The notes below the pieces were generated by a model. The model had not been told where the DNA came from. It worked only from the letters and a program-made list of their open reading frames with translations, and searched no databases. DNA of 47,444 nucleotides, taken from assembly GCA_021851145.1 (NCBI GenBank), contig JAJZJK010000002.1:1-47444 (forward strand), given 5' to 3'. Made by a program: the position numbers and the translations under genes. The DNA comes from Nanobdellota archaeon (GTDB taxonomy: Archaea > Nanobdellota > Nanobdellia > Parvarchaeales > Parvarchaeaceae). Shown here piece after piece: positions 1 to 8,433 of this stretch (the first letter of the stretch is position 1; every line of letters starts with the position of its first letter).

Positions 1-610
1 TAAAAGCCGTAAGGGACAGTTTGTCTTCCTTCTTTAGGTTAGAGAATTGCAAACTTCTTAATGGGATCTCGCCAGGCATTGAACTCTTGAAATTCTTGTT
101 TATCCTGTAGTTTTCATCCAGCCAATATATATTGTAGTCTTTTCCATATTGTTTGCTGATCCAAGGCATACTCTTATAATAGCTTTTCTTGATCCAGTAA
201 ATGTAGTTAAAAAAATCATTTTTGATACCTATCTGAAACGCATCAACCTTATTCTTGCCGGTGTTTATCAAAAGAAATTTTTTAATGCTGGTTAGCCTGT
301 TAAGCAGTATACTTTTTATCTTTTCATTTATATCACTTTCAGCATCTCCATTCTGTATATTTACCAATGATTCTAATCTGTATGTGAAATCATATCTTAT
401 ATCTATCCAAGGCAGGGTAGCAGTCTGTGGGATCTGTTTGTAAATTAGGGTATATCTTAAGTACAAAGGGTGGCTCATTAATAGGTGCATTTTTGCTTCA
501 TCTGCTGTATTTCCCGTCATGCTGCAGAATTTACAGATAAATTTACCATTTTCCTTGTAGATGTTGCTGTCTATTACCTTTTCTAATTCGTCCTTGTCTT
601 GTTGTTTCAT
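1..610 (-). CDS. hypothetical protein with N-terminal C2H2-type zinc finger; partial, 3' end runs off the window
   Basis: Not in the supplied ORF track because there is no stop inside the window. The reverse strand reading from ATG 610..608 is open down to base 2 (203 codons): MKQQDKDELEKVIDSNIYKENGKFICKFCSMTGNTADEAKMHLLMSHPLYL... CKFC-x12-H-x4-H fits the C2H2 pattern. TATA-like tatattatata at 629..639 lies about 24 nt upstream. Confidence 0.6.
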   Translation of the reverse strand, partial: MKQQDKDELEKVIDSNIYKENGKFICKFCSMTGNTADEAKMHLLMSHPLYLRYTLIYKQIPQTATLPWIDIRYDFTYRLESLVNIQNGDAESDINEKIKSILLNRLTSIKKFLLINTGKNKVDAFQIGIKNDFFNYIYWIKKSYYKSMPWISKQYGKDYNIYWLDENYRINKNFKSSMPGEIPLRSLQFSNLKKEDKLSLTAF

Positions 611-722
611 ATCTAATACTAATAAATCTATATTATATAATATATTTGCCGTTTTTTATAGTTATTAACTGATAAAATTCTCTTTGATTTTGTTCTTTAT
701 TTTACTATGACGCTGAAGAAAG

Positions 723-732
723 CTTTAAATAA
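723..732 (+). promoter_or_regulatory. TATA box for leaderless gene 754..1467
   Basis: ctttaaataa is centred about 26 nt upstream of ATG 754. It is embedded in the inverted repeat aagcttta-aa-taaagctt (720..737). Confidence 0.5.
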
Positions 733-753
733 AGCTTGCCTTCTACTTAAATT

Positions 754-1467
754 ATGATAAAAAGAACCTTAGAGGTAATTTTGTCAAAATTGGCCAATGA
801 TGATTTAATAGAGCCGGCAAATTATGAAGAAGGTGAATCTCTAAGCCAAGAAGATATAAACAAGAGCTATTTAATAGCTTCATCTGTTTTCGGCAGCGGC
901 AATGTAATTTTAATAGGGGGAGGGGCATTGCAAAATTACTATCCTTTACATAAACCAAAAGACATAGATGTTATAGTGAACGGGAACATCGAAGAAAACA
1001 GGGATTTATTGTATAATAATGGCTTTAAGGACATTAAGGATGTAGGTTCAAAGCCAAGGTTTAATGCGGACATATACAGCTCTTATTTGAATCTTGAAGA
1101 TAAGAAAATCAGGGTAGAATTTTATTCAAGCAAGGGCCTTCTTGATAAGGGTGAAAGCTTCGAGGGCCTTAAGAAAAAGGCATTTTATAGAGAATATGGC
1201 AATGAAAAAGTTTACTTTGTGGACCCATTGAGCCTTTGCAGGCTAAAATACAATGCTTGGAAAAATAGATTAATGAACGGAAGATCTGATAAGGACATAA
1301 TAGACCTAAGAAAAGCAAATATTTTGGATTGCATAGATAAAAATGATAGTTATTACAGAAAGATATCTGAAGCTTACCGCCAGGGGGTTATAAGCAGGCT
1401 AAAGTCAATTTTAAGCGACGCCGTTCACGTAGCACATCAAGAATACTTGAAAAGACATCATTCTTAA
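754..1467 (+). CDS. Pol-beta superfamily nucleotidyltransferase-fold protein (function unknown)
   Basis: LIGGGALQNYYPLHKPKDIDVIV fits hG[GS]-x9-13-Dh[DE]h of minimal NTases. TATA at -26. Confidence 0.5.
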   Translation: MIKRTLEVILSKLANDDLIEPANYEEGESLSQEDINKSYLIASSVFGSGNVILIGGGALQNYYPLHKPKDIDVIVNGNIEENRDLLYNNGFKDIKDVGSKPRFNADIYSSYLNLEDKKIRVEFYSSKGLLDKGESFEGLKKKAFYREYGNEKVYFVDPLSLCRLKYNAWKNRLMNGRSDKDIIDLRKANILDCIDKNDSYYRKISEAYRQGVISRLKSILSDAVHVAHQEYLKRHHS

Positions 1468-1571
1468 TGCATGCGCAATCCCAATATAAAGAAAAAGTAA
1501 AAGCATTGAATTAGACTTAAAAACCTTGTTAGATAACATTGGGAGTAACGCAAATAAATAATTTAATCCCC

Positions 1572-2375
1572 TTAACTGATTATCTTACTACCGCCATCTT
1601 TCCATTTTTTTATGCCATTCATCCTTAACCGTAAGGGATGCTGATTATAGAAATTTTTACTTAAAAATACCTGGTTTTCATTCTTTTTTTTCATATCATA
1701 ATCAATTACCGCTATGTATTCTGCAGATTTGTAACCGGGTTCCGTTACAGGGTGCTGATAATAAATGTCTCTTATGTATATTTTTGAGTTTTTTCTATCA
1801 TAACCTAAGCCCAGATGGTATAGGACCATGGCATTTGAGGACATAACATAACCGTCAAAAACAGAATAAAAAACCTCTGAAGGAGCTTTTGCTGCTATAT
1901 TTTTGCCTGTTACAAGAACGTTATCAATGTATATCTTGCTGTTCTCTGTGTAACAGCCGATTAAATTACTACCTAAACCTAGATGAGCTTCTGCATCTTT
2001 TAGTTTATAGCATAGGTAGTTTATAGGTATTTTTGGGTTAATTGATACCTTTTCCCCATTCTTTATTACCTGGTTTACAGCAGCTGATATAAACAAGCCT
2101 AATTTAGATCGTTTTTCTTCATCATCTAAAAGCTTGTCCAATTCAGCACTACCTGCAAATTCCTCTATATCAGATAAAGAATAATCCGCATTAAGGTTTT
2201 TGTGAAGATATCTATAGTACTCCTCAGCTTCACTTTTATTATTTAGGTAGTTTAAAGTATTATAATTGAATGCGGGCGCAGATTCATTGTTTGTAAGTTT
2301 ATAAAAGTCAGAAATAATCTCTTCCAATCTACCATTCTTTGGTTTTTCAGTTACTTTATTATCTATTGAAGCCAT
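1572..2375 (-). CDS. hypothetical protein, degenerate beta-solenoid repeat protein (paralog of 4102..4944)
   Basis: Shares these blocks with 4102..4944: FYK, EEYYRYLHKNLNADYSLSDI / QEYYEYVYRNLNGSNYSIKDL, GLFISAAVN / GLFLSAIIN, EAHLGLG..NSKIYIDN / EAHINLAG..QSKIYVDK, and C-terminal (V/I)(F/Y)LSK..Y....K(K/I)WK(D/E). Confidence 0.7.
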   Translation of the reverse strand: MASIDNKVTEKPKNGRLEEIISDFYKLTNNESAPAFNYNTLNYLNNKSEAEEYYRYLHKNLNADYSLSDIEEFAGSAELDKLLDDEEKRSKLGLFISAAVNQVIKNGEKVSINPKIPINYLCYKLKDAEAHLGLGSNLIGCYTENSKIYIDNVLVTGKNIAAKAPSEVFYSVFDGYVMSSNAMVLYHLGLGYDRKNSKIYIRDIYYQHPVTEPGYKSAEYIAVIDYDMKKKNENQVFLSKNFYNQHPLRLRMNGIKKWKDGGSKIIS

Positions 2376-2542
2376 AAAGTTTTTAATCCTTACTTCTTAA
2401 TAACTATAAAAATATTTTAGAATATAAAGGTATTTTTAATAATCAGTCAAAGCATTGAAAATTGCCGCATATATCCATAGCAATTTTACACTTAAAATAA
2501 AGAATTAATCATCAAATTTGAATTTAGTAGTATGCAGCCTTT

Positions 2543-3052
2543 TTATTCTGTATTGCTTACCCTTCTTTTTATCTCATCCTCAAGGTAGTTCTTCTTTCCC
2601 AAGGGCTCCAAATTCTCAAGTCTCCTGAGCGTATTAAGCCTTTCAAGGGCCTCTTTCTCTAAAGCAGAATGTATTTTTTTATGCTTTCTTCTGTGGTAGT
2701 TCTTACTGTGTTCTAAAAGGTCCTTTCTTTCTATGTGTAGAAGTTCATGCACTATAATGCTTGTAACAACCTCTTTTCTTAACTTATCATCATATATCTT
2801 TGCTAGATTGTTATTTATCCGGATATAAAACTCGTTATCCTTTATCCTGCGGTTTATTCTTATAGTTTCTTTTCTAAAAAGGCCCGGTTTTTTTCTTTTT
2901 CTTACGGTTTCTATCTCGGCGTTTACCCTGCCCGCTATCCCTCTTGGAAGTAAGCTGTAATCAATGTTTATATAAGCCCCCCTAAAAGGCTTGAAAACCT
3001 TTAAACATTCGGTTAATAATTCCTTGCATTCTGCGCTACCGCTTATTTCCAT
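2543..3052 (-). CDS. putative zinc-dependent hydrolase / metallopeptidase (HExxH; DUF45/YgjP- or SprT-like)
   Basis: IIVHELLHIERKD (HExxH) is preceded by a YIRINNNL segment, as in YgjP-type proteins. TATA-like taatttaaatc about 23 nt upstream. Confidence 0.45.
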   Translation of the reverse strand: MEISGSAECKELLTECLKVFKPFRGAYINIDYSLLPRGIAGRVNAEIETVRKRKKPGLFRKETIRINRRIKDNEFYIRINNNLAKIYDDKLRKEVVTSIIVHELLHIERKDLLEHSKNYHRRKHKKIHSALEKEALERLNTLRRLENLEPLGKKNYLEDEIKRRVSNTE

Positions 3053-3083
3053 TTATTCTTCTCTGTCTAATAATTTAAATCAT

Positions 3084-3941
3084 TTAATCCTTCAGGTATT
3101 TTACAGCATCAGTTGAATCTATTGAAATATTTGAATAAGATATCGGGTTTGAATTTATTGTAAGTGTAACTTTATAACTGCCGGTTATTGCAGTGTTTGA
3201 GCTGCTTGAGGTGTAGCCACTTACTGTAAAATCAAGCGAAACAGGCATGCCTGTATTGTCAGAAAAGCATGCATTTCCGCTTTCTTCTGCAGTCGAAGAA
3301 CTAAAGTTCATGTTAAAAACCGAGCAGGTTTTACTGTTGTAGCTTTCTGTTCCCTTAAACTTAACAGGAAAAGAGGAATTGTTCGAGTTAAGTAAGGTAC
3401 CGGCATCAAATAAGTAATTGGCATAGGACCTAAACAGCATCTCCGCTAGATCATTTTTTACTGTATTAATTATAGTCTTTGAATTGTTGAATGTGCAGTT
3501 TTGGACAGGCTGCCCTGTAATGTTTGAGCATGCGATTATTCCACTGCCGTTGTATAGTAATACTGCAGAGATATAATTTTGTTCTTTTTGTGAACCTGTA
3601 AATACAGAGAAGAAATTATATGCTTTGGTAAGGTTAGCATATAATTCAAAAAGGCCAAGTTTGCCGGATTTTTGAAATGACATTACTACAGGAACGTCTA
3701 ATGTTACGTTTATTGAGTCCCTAGAAAACATTATGTCTGCTGTTCCGCTGTAGTTTACTGTAAAGTGAGTTGTAAGGTTTACATAGTGCTCAGTGACATT
3801 AAAAAGCTCGGCGGAGTTGCTTACTGAGTAAAAAGGGCTTGCCTTACTGCTTGTCTTAATTAGGCTGTAGCCGTATGATATAGAAACTGCTGCAATCACA
3901 AGAATAATCAATATTATTATAAAAAACACATTTTTGTTCAT
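3084..3941 (-). CDS. secreted or membrane-anchored protein rich in N-glycosylation sequons
   Basis: N-terminal hydrophobic anchor FFIIILIILVIAAVSI. About 13 N-x-S/T sequons by my count (NVT, NLT, NYS, NGS, NIT, NCT, NNS, NFS, NIS...). Confidence 0.65.
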   Translation of the reverse strand: MNKNVFFIIILIILVIAAVSISYGYSLIKTSSKASPFYSVSNSAELFNVTEHYVNLTTHFTVNYSGTADIMFSRDSINVTLDVPVVMSFQKSGKLGLFELYANLTKAYNFFSVFTGSQKEQNYISAVLLYNGSGIIACSNITGQPVQNCTFNNSKTIINTVKNDLAEMLFRSYANYLFDAGTLLNSNNSSFPVKFKGTESYNSKTCSVFNMNFSSSTAEESGNACFSDNTGMPVSLDFTVSGYTSSSSNTAITGSYKVTLTINSNPISYSNISIDSTDAVKYLKD

Positions 3942-4101
3942 ATGGTTTTAAAATCTTCATCTATGATAAACTTTTCATATGCAGGTTTTTAAAAGTCATT
4001 TTATACTAAAATATAACGTTTTTAGCCTTTAGATCCCATGAAGACATGGCATTAAATGTTTTTGGTGCCTTCAAAATAAATATCTCAAATTGGTAATACT
4101 C

Positions 4102-4944
4102 TCATTCTTTCCATATCTTTACTTTTTCTTTGTATTGCGGACAATATTTAATGAAGCTTTCATAGCTTTCTTTGCTCAAGTAAATTTCATTATTTCCTCT
4201 AAAGCAGCTGTCAGCTATATTTCCATTTAATTTTTTGATGTATAATTTAGAGTTTTTCATGTTCATTCCAGTGTTATATCCAGTTTCATTTGCGTATATT
4301 ATGCTGTTATTTGCATTTGCCCCAAGATAATTGCCGCTCTTATTTACATGAAGCTCGCAGTTATTCATTTTACATCCTGCTAAGTACCCAGCTCTATTCA
4401 CGTATATCCTGCTGTTATTTGCTTCTTCTCCAAGGTTATGATCGGCTTCTTCTGCATGCAGCTCGCAGTTGTCCATACGGTATCCTGCTAAGTATCCTGT
4501 TTTATCCACATAAATTTTGCTTTGCTTCGCTTCTTCCCCAAGAAAAGCGCCTGCTAGGTTTATATGGGCTTCAATGCCATCTGAATTAAAAAACAGACAA
4601 TCTGTAGGCTTCAATAGGTTTATTTGAATTTTTTCCTCCTTACCCATAGCTTTGTCTATCAAAGCAGCCCTGTTTATAATAGCGGACAGGAATAAACCCG
4701 TGTTTTCATTTTTAAAGTAACGGTTGTCTAATGAAGTATAGAATGCCAGGTTATCAGTCAATTTATTTAGGTCTTTTATGCTATAGTTTGAACCATTTAA
4801 ATTTCTGTATACGTATTCATAATACTCTTGGTGAGTATTAAGAGAAGTGTTGTGAATGAATAGTTGTTTATCTGTAGGGCCTTTGTAAAATTTTGATAAT
4901 AACCCCTCTAAACTGTATTTATTTACGTAATCTTTATTTTCCAT
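4102..4944 (-). CDS. hypothetical beta-solenoid repeat protein (GXGXG/FwdC-like 18-residue turns), paralog of 1572..2375
   Basis: Three tandem 36-aa units (aa 125-232), each made of two 18-residue turns, e.g. ELHAEEADHNLGEEANNS / RIYVNRAGYLAGCKMNNC. The AGYLAGCKMNNCELHV pattern resembles the aGdylGagMsgGkIvV turns of the glutamate synthase C-terminal / FwdC beta-helix. TATA at -26. Confidence 0.7.
   Translation of the reverse strand: MENKDYVNKYSLEGLLSKFYKGPTDKQLFIHNTSLNTHQEYYEYVYRNLNGSNYSIKDLNKLTDNLAFYTSLDNRYFKNENTGLFLSAIINRAALIDKAMGKEEKIQINLLKPTDCLFFNSDGIEAHINLAGAFLGEEAKQSKIYVDKTGYLAGYRMDNCELHAEEADHNLGEEANNSRIYVNRAGYLAGCKMNNCELHVNKSGNYLGANANNSIIYANETGYNTGMNMKNSKLYIKKLNGNIADSCFRGNNEIYLSKESYESFIKYCPQYKEKVKIWKE
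4249..4572 (-). repeat. 3 x 108-bp intragenic tandem repeat (36-aa beta-solenoid units)
   Basis: DNA-level similarity is visible, e.g. atgaagctcgcagttattcattttacatcctgctaagtaccc versus atgcagctcgcagttgtccatacggtatcctgctaagtatcc. The units are divergent, not identical. Confidence 0.75.
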
Positions 4945-4965
4945 TTAGGTAATAGATAAAACCAC

Positions 4966-4974
4966 TATTTAAAT
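4966..4974 (-). promoter_or_regulatory. TATA box for 4102..4944
   Basis: tatttaaat is centred about 26 nt upstream of ATG 4944. Confidence 0.5.
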
Positions 4975-5068
4975 CTTTCGTTACTTTCAAATAATAAATA
5001 TCTAATTAAAATGAATCTCACAAGGCTTATTAAATACTAATAAACATAATTTGTCTTTATTACTTGTA

Positions 5069-6145
5069 TCAATTAAAGGTAATCCCTATAACAAATACTT
5101 TTCCAGCATAAGAAGAAACATAAGCCTCTTTCCCATTTGGATTTATAGCTATTCCATTTGGAAGGATAGCAGTTAATGCCGGATTGGATGATGAAATCAA
5201 GCTTAGATTATAAACTACGCTATTTGTAGCAGTATTAATTATAGATATTCTATTAGCATTAGGCTCCGTAACATAAGCATATTGTCCATTCGGTGTTACA
5301 GTAATTTTATAAGGGGCCTGATTTAATAAGACAGTGTCTACTACTTTATTGCTAGTAGTGTTTATAACATATATTTTACTGCTAGAATCCGTAACGTAAA
5401 CAAACTGTCCATTCGGTGTTACAGCAATCCCATCAATACTTTCATTTCCGCCAATATCTATAGTGTTTATTACAGTATTTGTTCCAGTGTTGAGAACTGA
5501 TATCTCATCATTATTGAAATTAACAATGTAAGCGTACTGGCCGTTAGGAGTTATAGCAATGCTGCTTGGCCCATTAGCAATAGATATATTAGAAATTACT
5601 TGGTTTGTTTCAGTGTTGATAACTGATACATTACCTGATAAATAGGTAGAATCTGACTTTAATGTAGAATCGGAAATATAAACATATTTGCCATTCGGCG
5701 TTATAGCAATTCCATCAAGACTCTGGCCACCACCAACAGATGGTATGTTTGCAATTACTTCATTTGTTGTAGTGTTAATTACCGTGACTTGATTGTCAAG
5801 TTCCGTGACATAAGCGTACTGGCCGTTAGGAGTTATAGCGATTCCGCTAGGAAAGCTTTTAGTTAATATGTTTTTTATGACTTTATTATTTGATGTATTT
5901 ATTACTGAAACTTGCGTGCTGTTAACAGCCGTGACATAAGCGTACTGGCCGTTGGGAGTTACGGCTATTCCGGAAAGAATATTACCTACAGGGATGGATG
6001 CAATTACACTGCTGTTAGGGCTGATTGCAATTGATGGTAAGGTGGTAGTGGTAGTGGCTTTAAGTGAATTATTAAGCAGAAAGAAAGCAACGACCGCCAC
6101 TATAACAACAACTAATATAATTATAGGGATTATGTAACTCTTCAT
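5069..6145 (-). CDS. YVTN-family beta-propeller repeat protein, membrane-anchored or secreted
   Basis: N-terminal TM IIPIIILVVVIVAVVAFFLL. About 40-aa repeats ITPNGQYAYVT..(N)..VSVINT.TN.V recur at least 7 times. Confidence 0.85.
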   Translation of the reverse strand: MKSYIIPIIILVVVIVAVVAFFLLNNSLKATTTTTLPSIAISPNSSVIASIPVGNILSGIAVTPNGQYAYVTAVNSTQVSVINTSNNKVIKNILTKSFPSGIAITPNGQYAYVTELDNQVTVINTTTNEVIANIPSVGGGQSLDGIAITPNGKYVYISDSTLKSDSTYLSGNVSVINTETNQVISNISIANGPSSIAITPNGQYAYIVNFNNDEISVLNTGTNTVINTIDIGGNESIDGIAVTPNGQFVYVTDSSSKIYVINTTSNKVVDTVLLNQAPYKITVTPNGQYAYVTEPNANRISIINTATNSVVYNLSLISSSNPALTAILPNGIAINPNGKEAYVSSYAGKVFVIGITFN

Positions 6146-6164
6146 ATACCAATTAAAAAATAGT

Positions 6165-6174
6165 TATTTAAATA
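6165..6174 (-). promoter_or_regulatory. TATA box for 5069..6145
   Basis: tatttaaata is centred about 25 nt upstream of ATG 6145. Confidence 0.5.
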
Positions 6175-6236
6175 GGTTTGTCTACTCTATTTTTTATTCT
6201 CTTTTTAGATAAAGTGAAAAATAGCAATATCTGTAA

Positions 6237-6345
6237 TTATCTTTGTTTTTTAAAGTATAAACTTCCATTGTCTTTTCCAGCCTGATTATAATATCTAAAT
6301 GTAAAATCAAGGTTTTTGTTTCCTATGCCCATCCGGGATAATATG
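6237..6345 (-). pseudogene. decayed duplicate of the 3' end of the CYTH gene (C-terminal ~31 codons only)
   Basis: The reverse strand reads MGIGNKNLDFTFRYYNQAGKDNGSLYFKKQR*. The CYTH C-terminus at 6870..6968 reads MDIGNKNLEFTFRYYNQAGKDNGDLYFKKQRY*. I count 18 mismatches over 96 aligned nt. No upstream CYTH sequence is present. Confidence 0.8.
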
Positions 6346-6416
6346 CGCATTTCACGAACATTGCCAGTTATCAAGTATGTTCAAGTTACCCATATAATTA
6401 TAAAAGACAGTTACTA

Positions 6417-6776
6417 TTATGGATAATCGTCAAACCACGGCGTATTATCGTTTAAAGTATGCCTGAGAACGTCTTTCCATTCCCCTTTCTTGTACTCCTT
6501 CAATTTCTGTTTATTAAAATCATAAGCTAGAACCATCTGTTTTCCCTTGCCATCCGGTCGTTCAAAGTAAACTTCAAGCTCCTTTTTCCCGCTTTGATCA
6601 AGTTCAGTATATTTTATCCTGATGGTGTAGCCTAGCTGTGGTTCTATAACAGAATAATAATACGCCCCTTGATCTAGCATAAATTTTTTGGTTCTCTCTA
6701 TCAATGCTATTAGGTCTTTCTGTTGCGCTGCAGTTCTAGTATCCTGTACCAAACCTTCAAGATTGTCTTTTCCCAT
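6417..6776 (-). CDS. hypothetical protein (119 aa)
   Basis: ORF with its own TATA (tttataaata 6798..6807, about -26). No recognisable motif. Confidence 0.6.
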   Translation of the reverse strand: MGKDNLEGLVQDTRTAAQQKDLIALIERTKKFMLDQGAYYYSVIEPQLGYTIRIKYTELDQSGKKELEVYFERPDGKGKQMVLAYDFNKQKLKEYKKGEWKDVLRHTLNDNTPWFDDYP

Positions 6777-6797
6777 ATTAACTAATGTAAGTGCTTA

Positions 6798-6807
6798 TTT
6801 ATAAATA
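6798..6807 (-). promoter_or_regulatory. TATA box for 6417..6776
   Basis: tttataaata is centred about 26 nt upstream of ATG 6776. Confidence 0.5.
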
Positions 6808-6869
6808 TCTCCAGCATCGCGTCTCTATATTTACTTGATGACTGCAAAAAGGCCAGAACTGAAATATAA

Positions 6870-7415
6870 TCAATATCTTTGCTTTTTAAAGTACAAATCG
6901 CCGTTATCTTTGCCGGCCTGGTTATAATACCTAAAGGTAAACTCGAGGTTTTTGTTCCCTATATCCATCCCTTTTATGTCCAGTTTTTCCTTTGTTTTGA
7001 TAACATCTTTTACGCTTTTCCCTTCTATCTCTAAAATCGGTTTTATCAGAGGCCAGTAAATTATGTCTATTTCTACACCCTTGTAAAACCATTTTTCAAC
7101 CTTATTTTCCTGGTATACCGGCTTTATCTTAAGGGCTTTTTTGAATATCTCAGTGGCCTTTTTGAAATCTTTTACTTCAGTTTCTATCTCTTCCGTATTT
7201 CTTAGACCGCTTCCTTTTCGGTATTTGTAAGTAATAGTCGTTTTTTTGCCGTCTGTTCTTATCCTTACAAACTCATCTATTTCCTTTTTATCGGTAAGAA
7301 AGAATACATATCTTCTGTAAAATAATTTTCCTATTTTCTTCGCGCCGATTTTTACTAGTCTTTTTCTTACTTCCTTCTCATTTATGTCTATTATCTTGGT
7401 CTCTATCTCCTTCAT
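6870..7415 (-). CDS. CYTH-domain protein (class IV adenylyl cyclase / triphosphate tunnel metalloenzyme family)
   Basis: N-terminal MKEIETKI carries the ExExK signature. The 181-aa size is typical of stand-alone archaeal CYTH proteins. TATA at about -26. Confidence 0.7.
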   Translation of the reverse strand: MKEIETKIIDINEKEVRKRLVKIGAKKIGKLFYRRYVFFLTDKKEIDEFVRIRTDGKKTTITYKYRKGSGLRNTEEIETEVKDFKKATEIFKKALKIKPVYQENKVEKWFYKGVEIDIIYWPLIKPILEIEGKSVKDVIKTKEKLDIKGMDIGNKNLEFTFRYYNQAGKDNGDLYFKKQRY

Positions 7416-7434
7416 ATTAATAATAAAGCTTACA

Positions 7435-7447
7435 GGTATTTATTATC
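7435..7447 (-). promoter_or_regulatory. TATA box for 6870..7415
   Basis: ggtatttattatc is centred about 26 nt upstream of ATG 7415. Confidence 0.45.
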
Positions 7448-7692
7448 AACACCAATGTATTAATAGCTAATGATTTTGGCATTGCTCCTAAGCTTATAGG
7501 TTATTCATAGTCTGTTCCAGATATTCGCCCCTGTCTTTTTGTACATGTTTTATGTTTATTGTAGGTTTTTCTTGACGGATAAACCGCATTGCCATTTTCT
7601 GTAAGATCCGATAATAAATTTAACTTGCTTTTTAACCTTCCTTCCAATACTCTAAATATAACGTTAGGTTATTTACTTGGTTCTAACTGTTC

Positions 7693-8433
7693 TTATTGTA
7701 TTGAGTTTTCATATTTTCTGCATAGATTTAGCAGTTTTTTGGCATTTCCTTGGAGTATATCTCCTTTTTCTGTTTCGGATATCTTTGCTTTTTTTATCTT
7801 AAGCAGTTCTATTTCCTGATCCGAGAACGGGTAATCTGAGCCGAACACTATCTTTTTTGATGTTATCTCTTTTACTCTCCTTTCTATTATAAACGGAGAG
7901 GATACAACAGACGTATCTACATATGCATTTTCAAGTTCATTTATCTTTGAAAAGAAAACATCCGAGTCGTTTGCAAAATGGGCAAAGACAAAGTTTATTT
8001 TTGGGTATAACTTTGCCAGTTCTATGATCCTGTCAGGATCCGTGTTGATATTGTTCTCTTTTCTTGAATGGATTATTATTGGCTTTCCCGTTTTTTCCAT
8101 TGCTTCGAATACCCCTTCTAAGCTTTTGTCTAATGGATCAAAGTTTTCTCCCCTTGGATGCAGTTTGAAGCCGTAAAATCCCTTTTGAAGCTCTTCAAAT
8201 TCATCTTTTTTAATGGTTTTTGGGTTAAATCTCAAAAAAGGAATGAAGAACTTTCCTGCATTCTTCAATGTTTCGCTGTTCTTTTGCATCAATTTTTGAT
8301 ATGCTTTCTGAGTACTTGGAAAGATAACAGCTCTTTCTATCCCGTTCTGCTGCATTTTTTCCTGTAATTCAGCAAATGTTGATTTATCAAAGTTAACCCC
8401 GGAATGGGTGTGAAAGTCTATTACCATATTCAT
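7693..8433 (-). CDS. TIM-barrel metal-dependent hydrolase (amidohydrolase-2-like)
   Basis: IDFHTHSG near the N-terminus, IIIHSR, FVFAHFAN and FGSDYPF. The 4-nt ATGA overlap with the upstream gene suggests an operon. Confidence 0.7.
   Translation of the reverse strand: MNMVIDFHTHSGVNFDKSTFAELQEKMQQNGIERAVIFPSTQKAYQKLMQKNSETLKNAGKFFIPFLRFNPKTIKKDEFEELQKGFYGFKLHPRGENFDPLDKSLEGVFEAMEKTGKPIIIHSRKENNINTDPDRIIELAKLYPKINFVFAHFANDSDVFFSKINELENAYVDTSVVSSPFIIERRVKEITSKKIVFGSDYPFSDQEIELLKIKKAKISETEKGDILQGNAKKLLNLCRKYENSIQ

Noticed and set aside
255-443. 62-aa ORF on the + strand
   Set aside because: It lies antisense inside the longer open reverse-strand frame (1..610), which has a promoter and a zinc-finger motif.
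1499-2460. The shared 11-mer aaagcattgaa on both sides of gene 1572..2375, as possible insertion or duplication scars
   Set aside because: The match is short and AT-rich with no extended flanking similarity, and nothing comparable flanks the paralog at 4102..4944. It is most likely chance.
4290-4589. 99-aa ORF on the + strand
   Set aside because: It is antisense to the tandem-repeat region of 4102..4944. Repeat periodicity keeps the opposite frame open.
7589-7819. 76-aa + strand ORF, and a 33-codon reverse ORF (MAMRFIRQEKPT...), in or near the 277-bp gap between the amidohydrolase and CYTH genes
   Set aside because: The + ORF overlaps the amidohydrolase 3' end antisense. The short reverse ORF has no promoter at the usual distance and no motif. 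I cannot support either.
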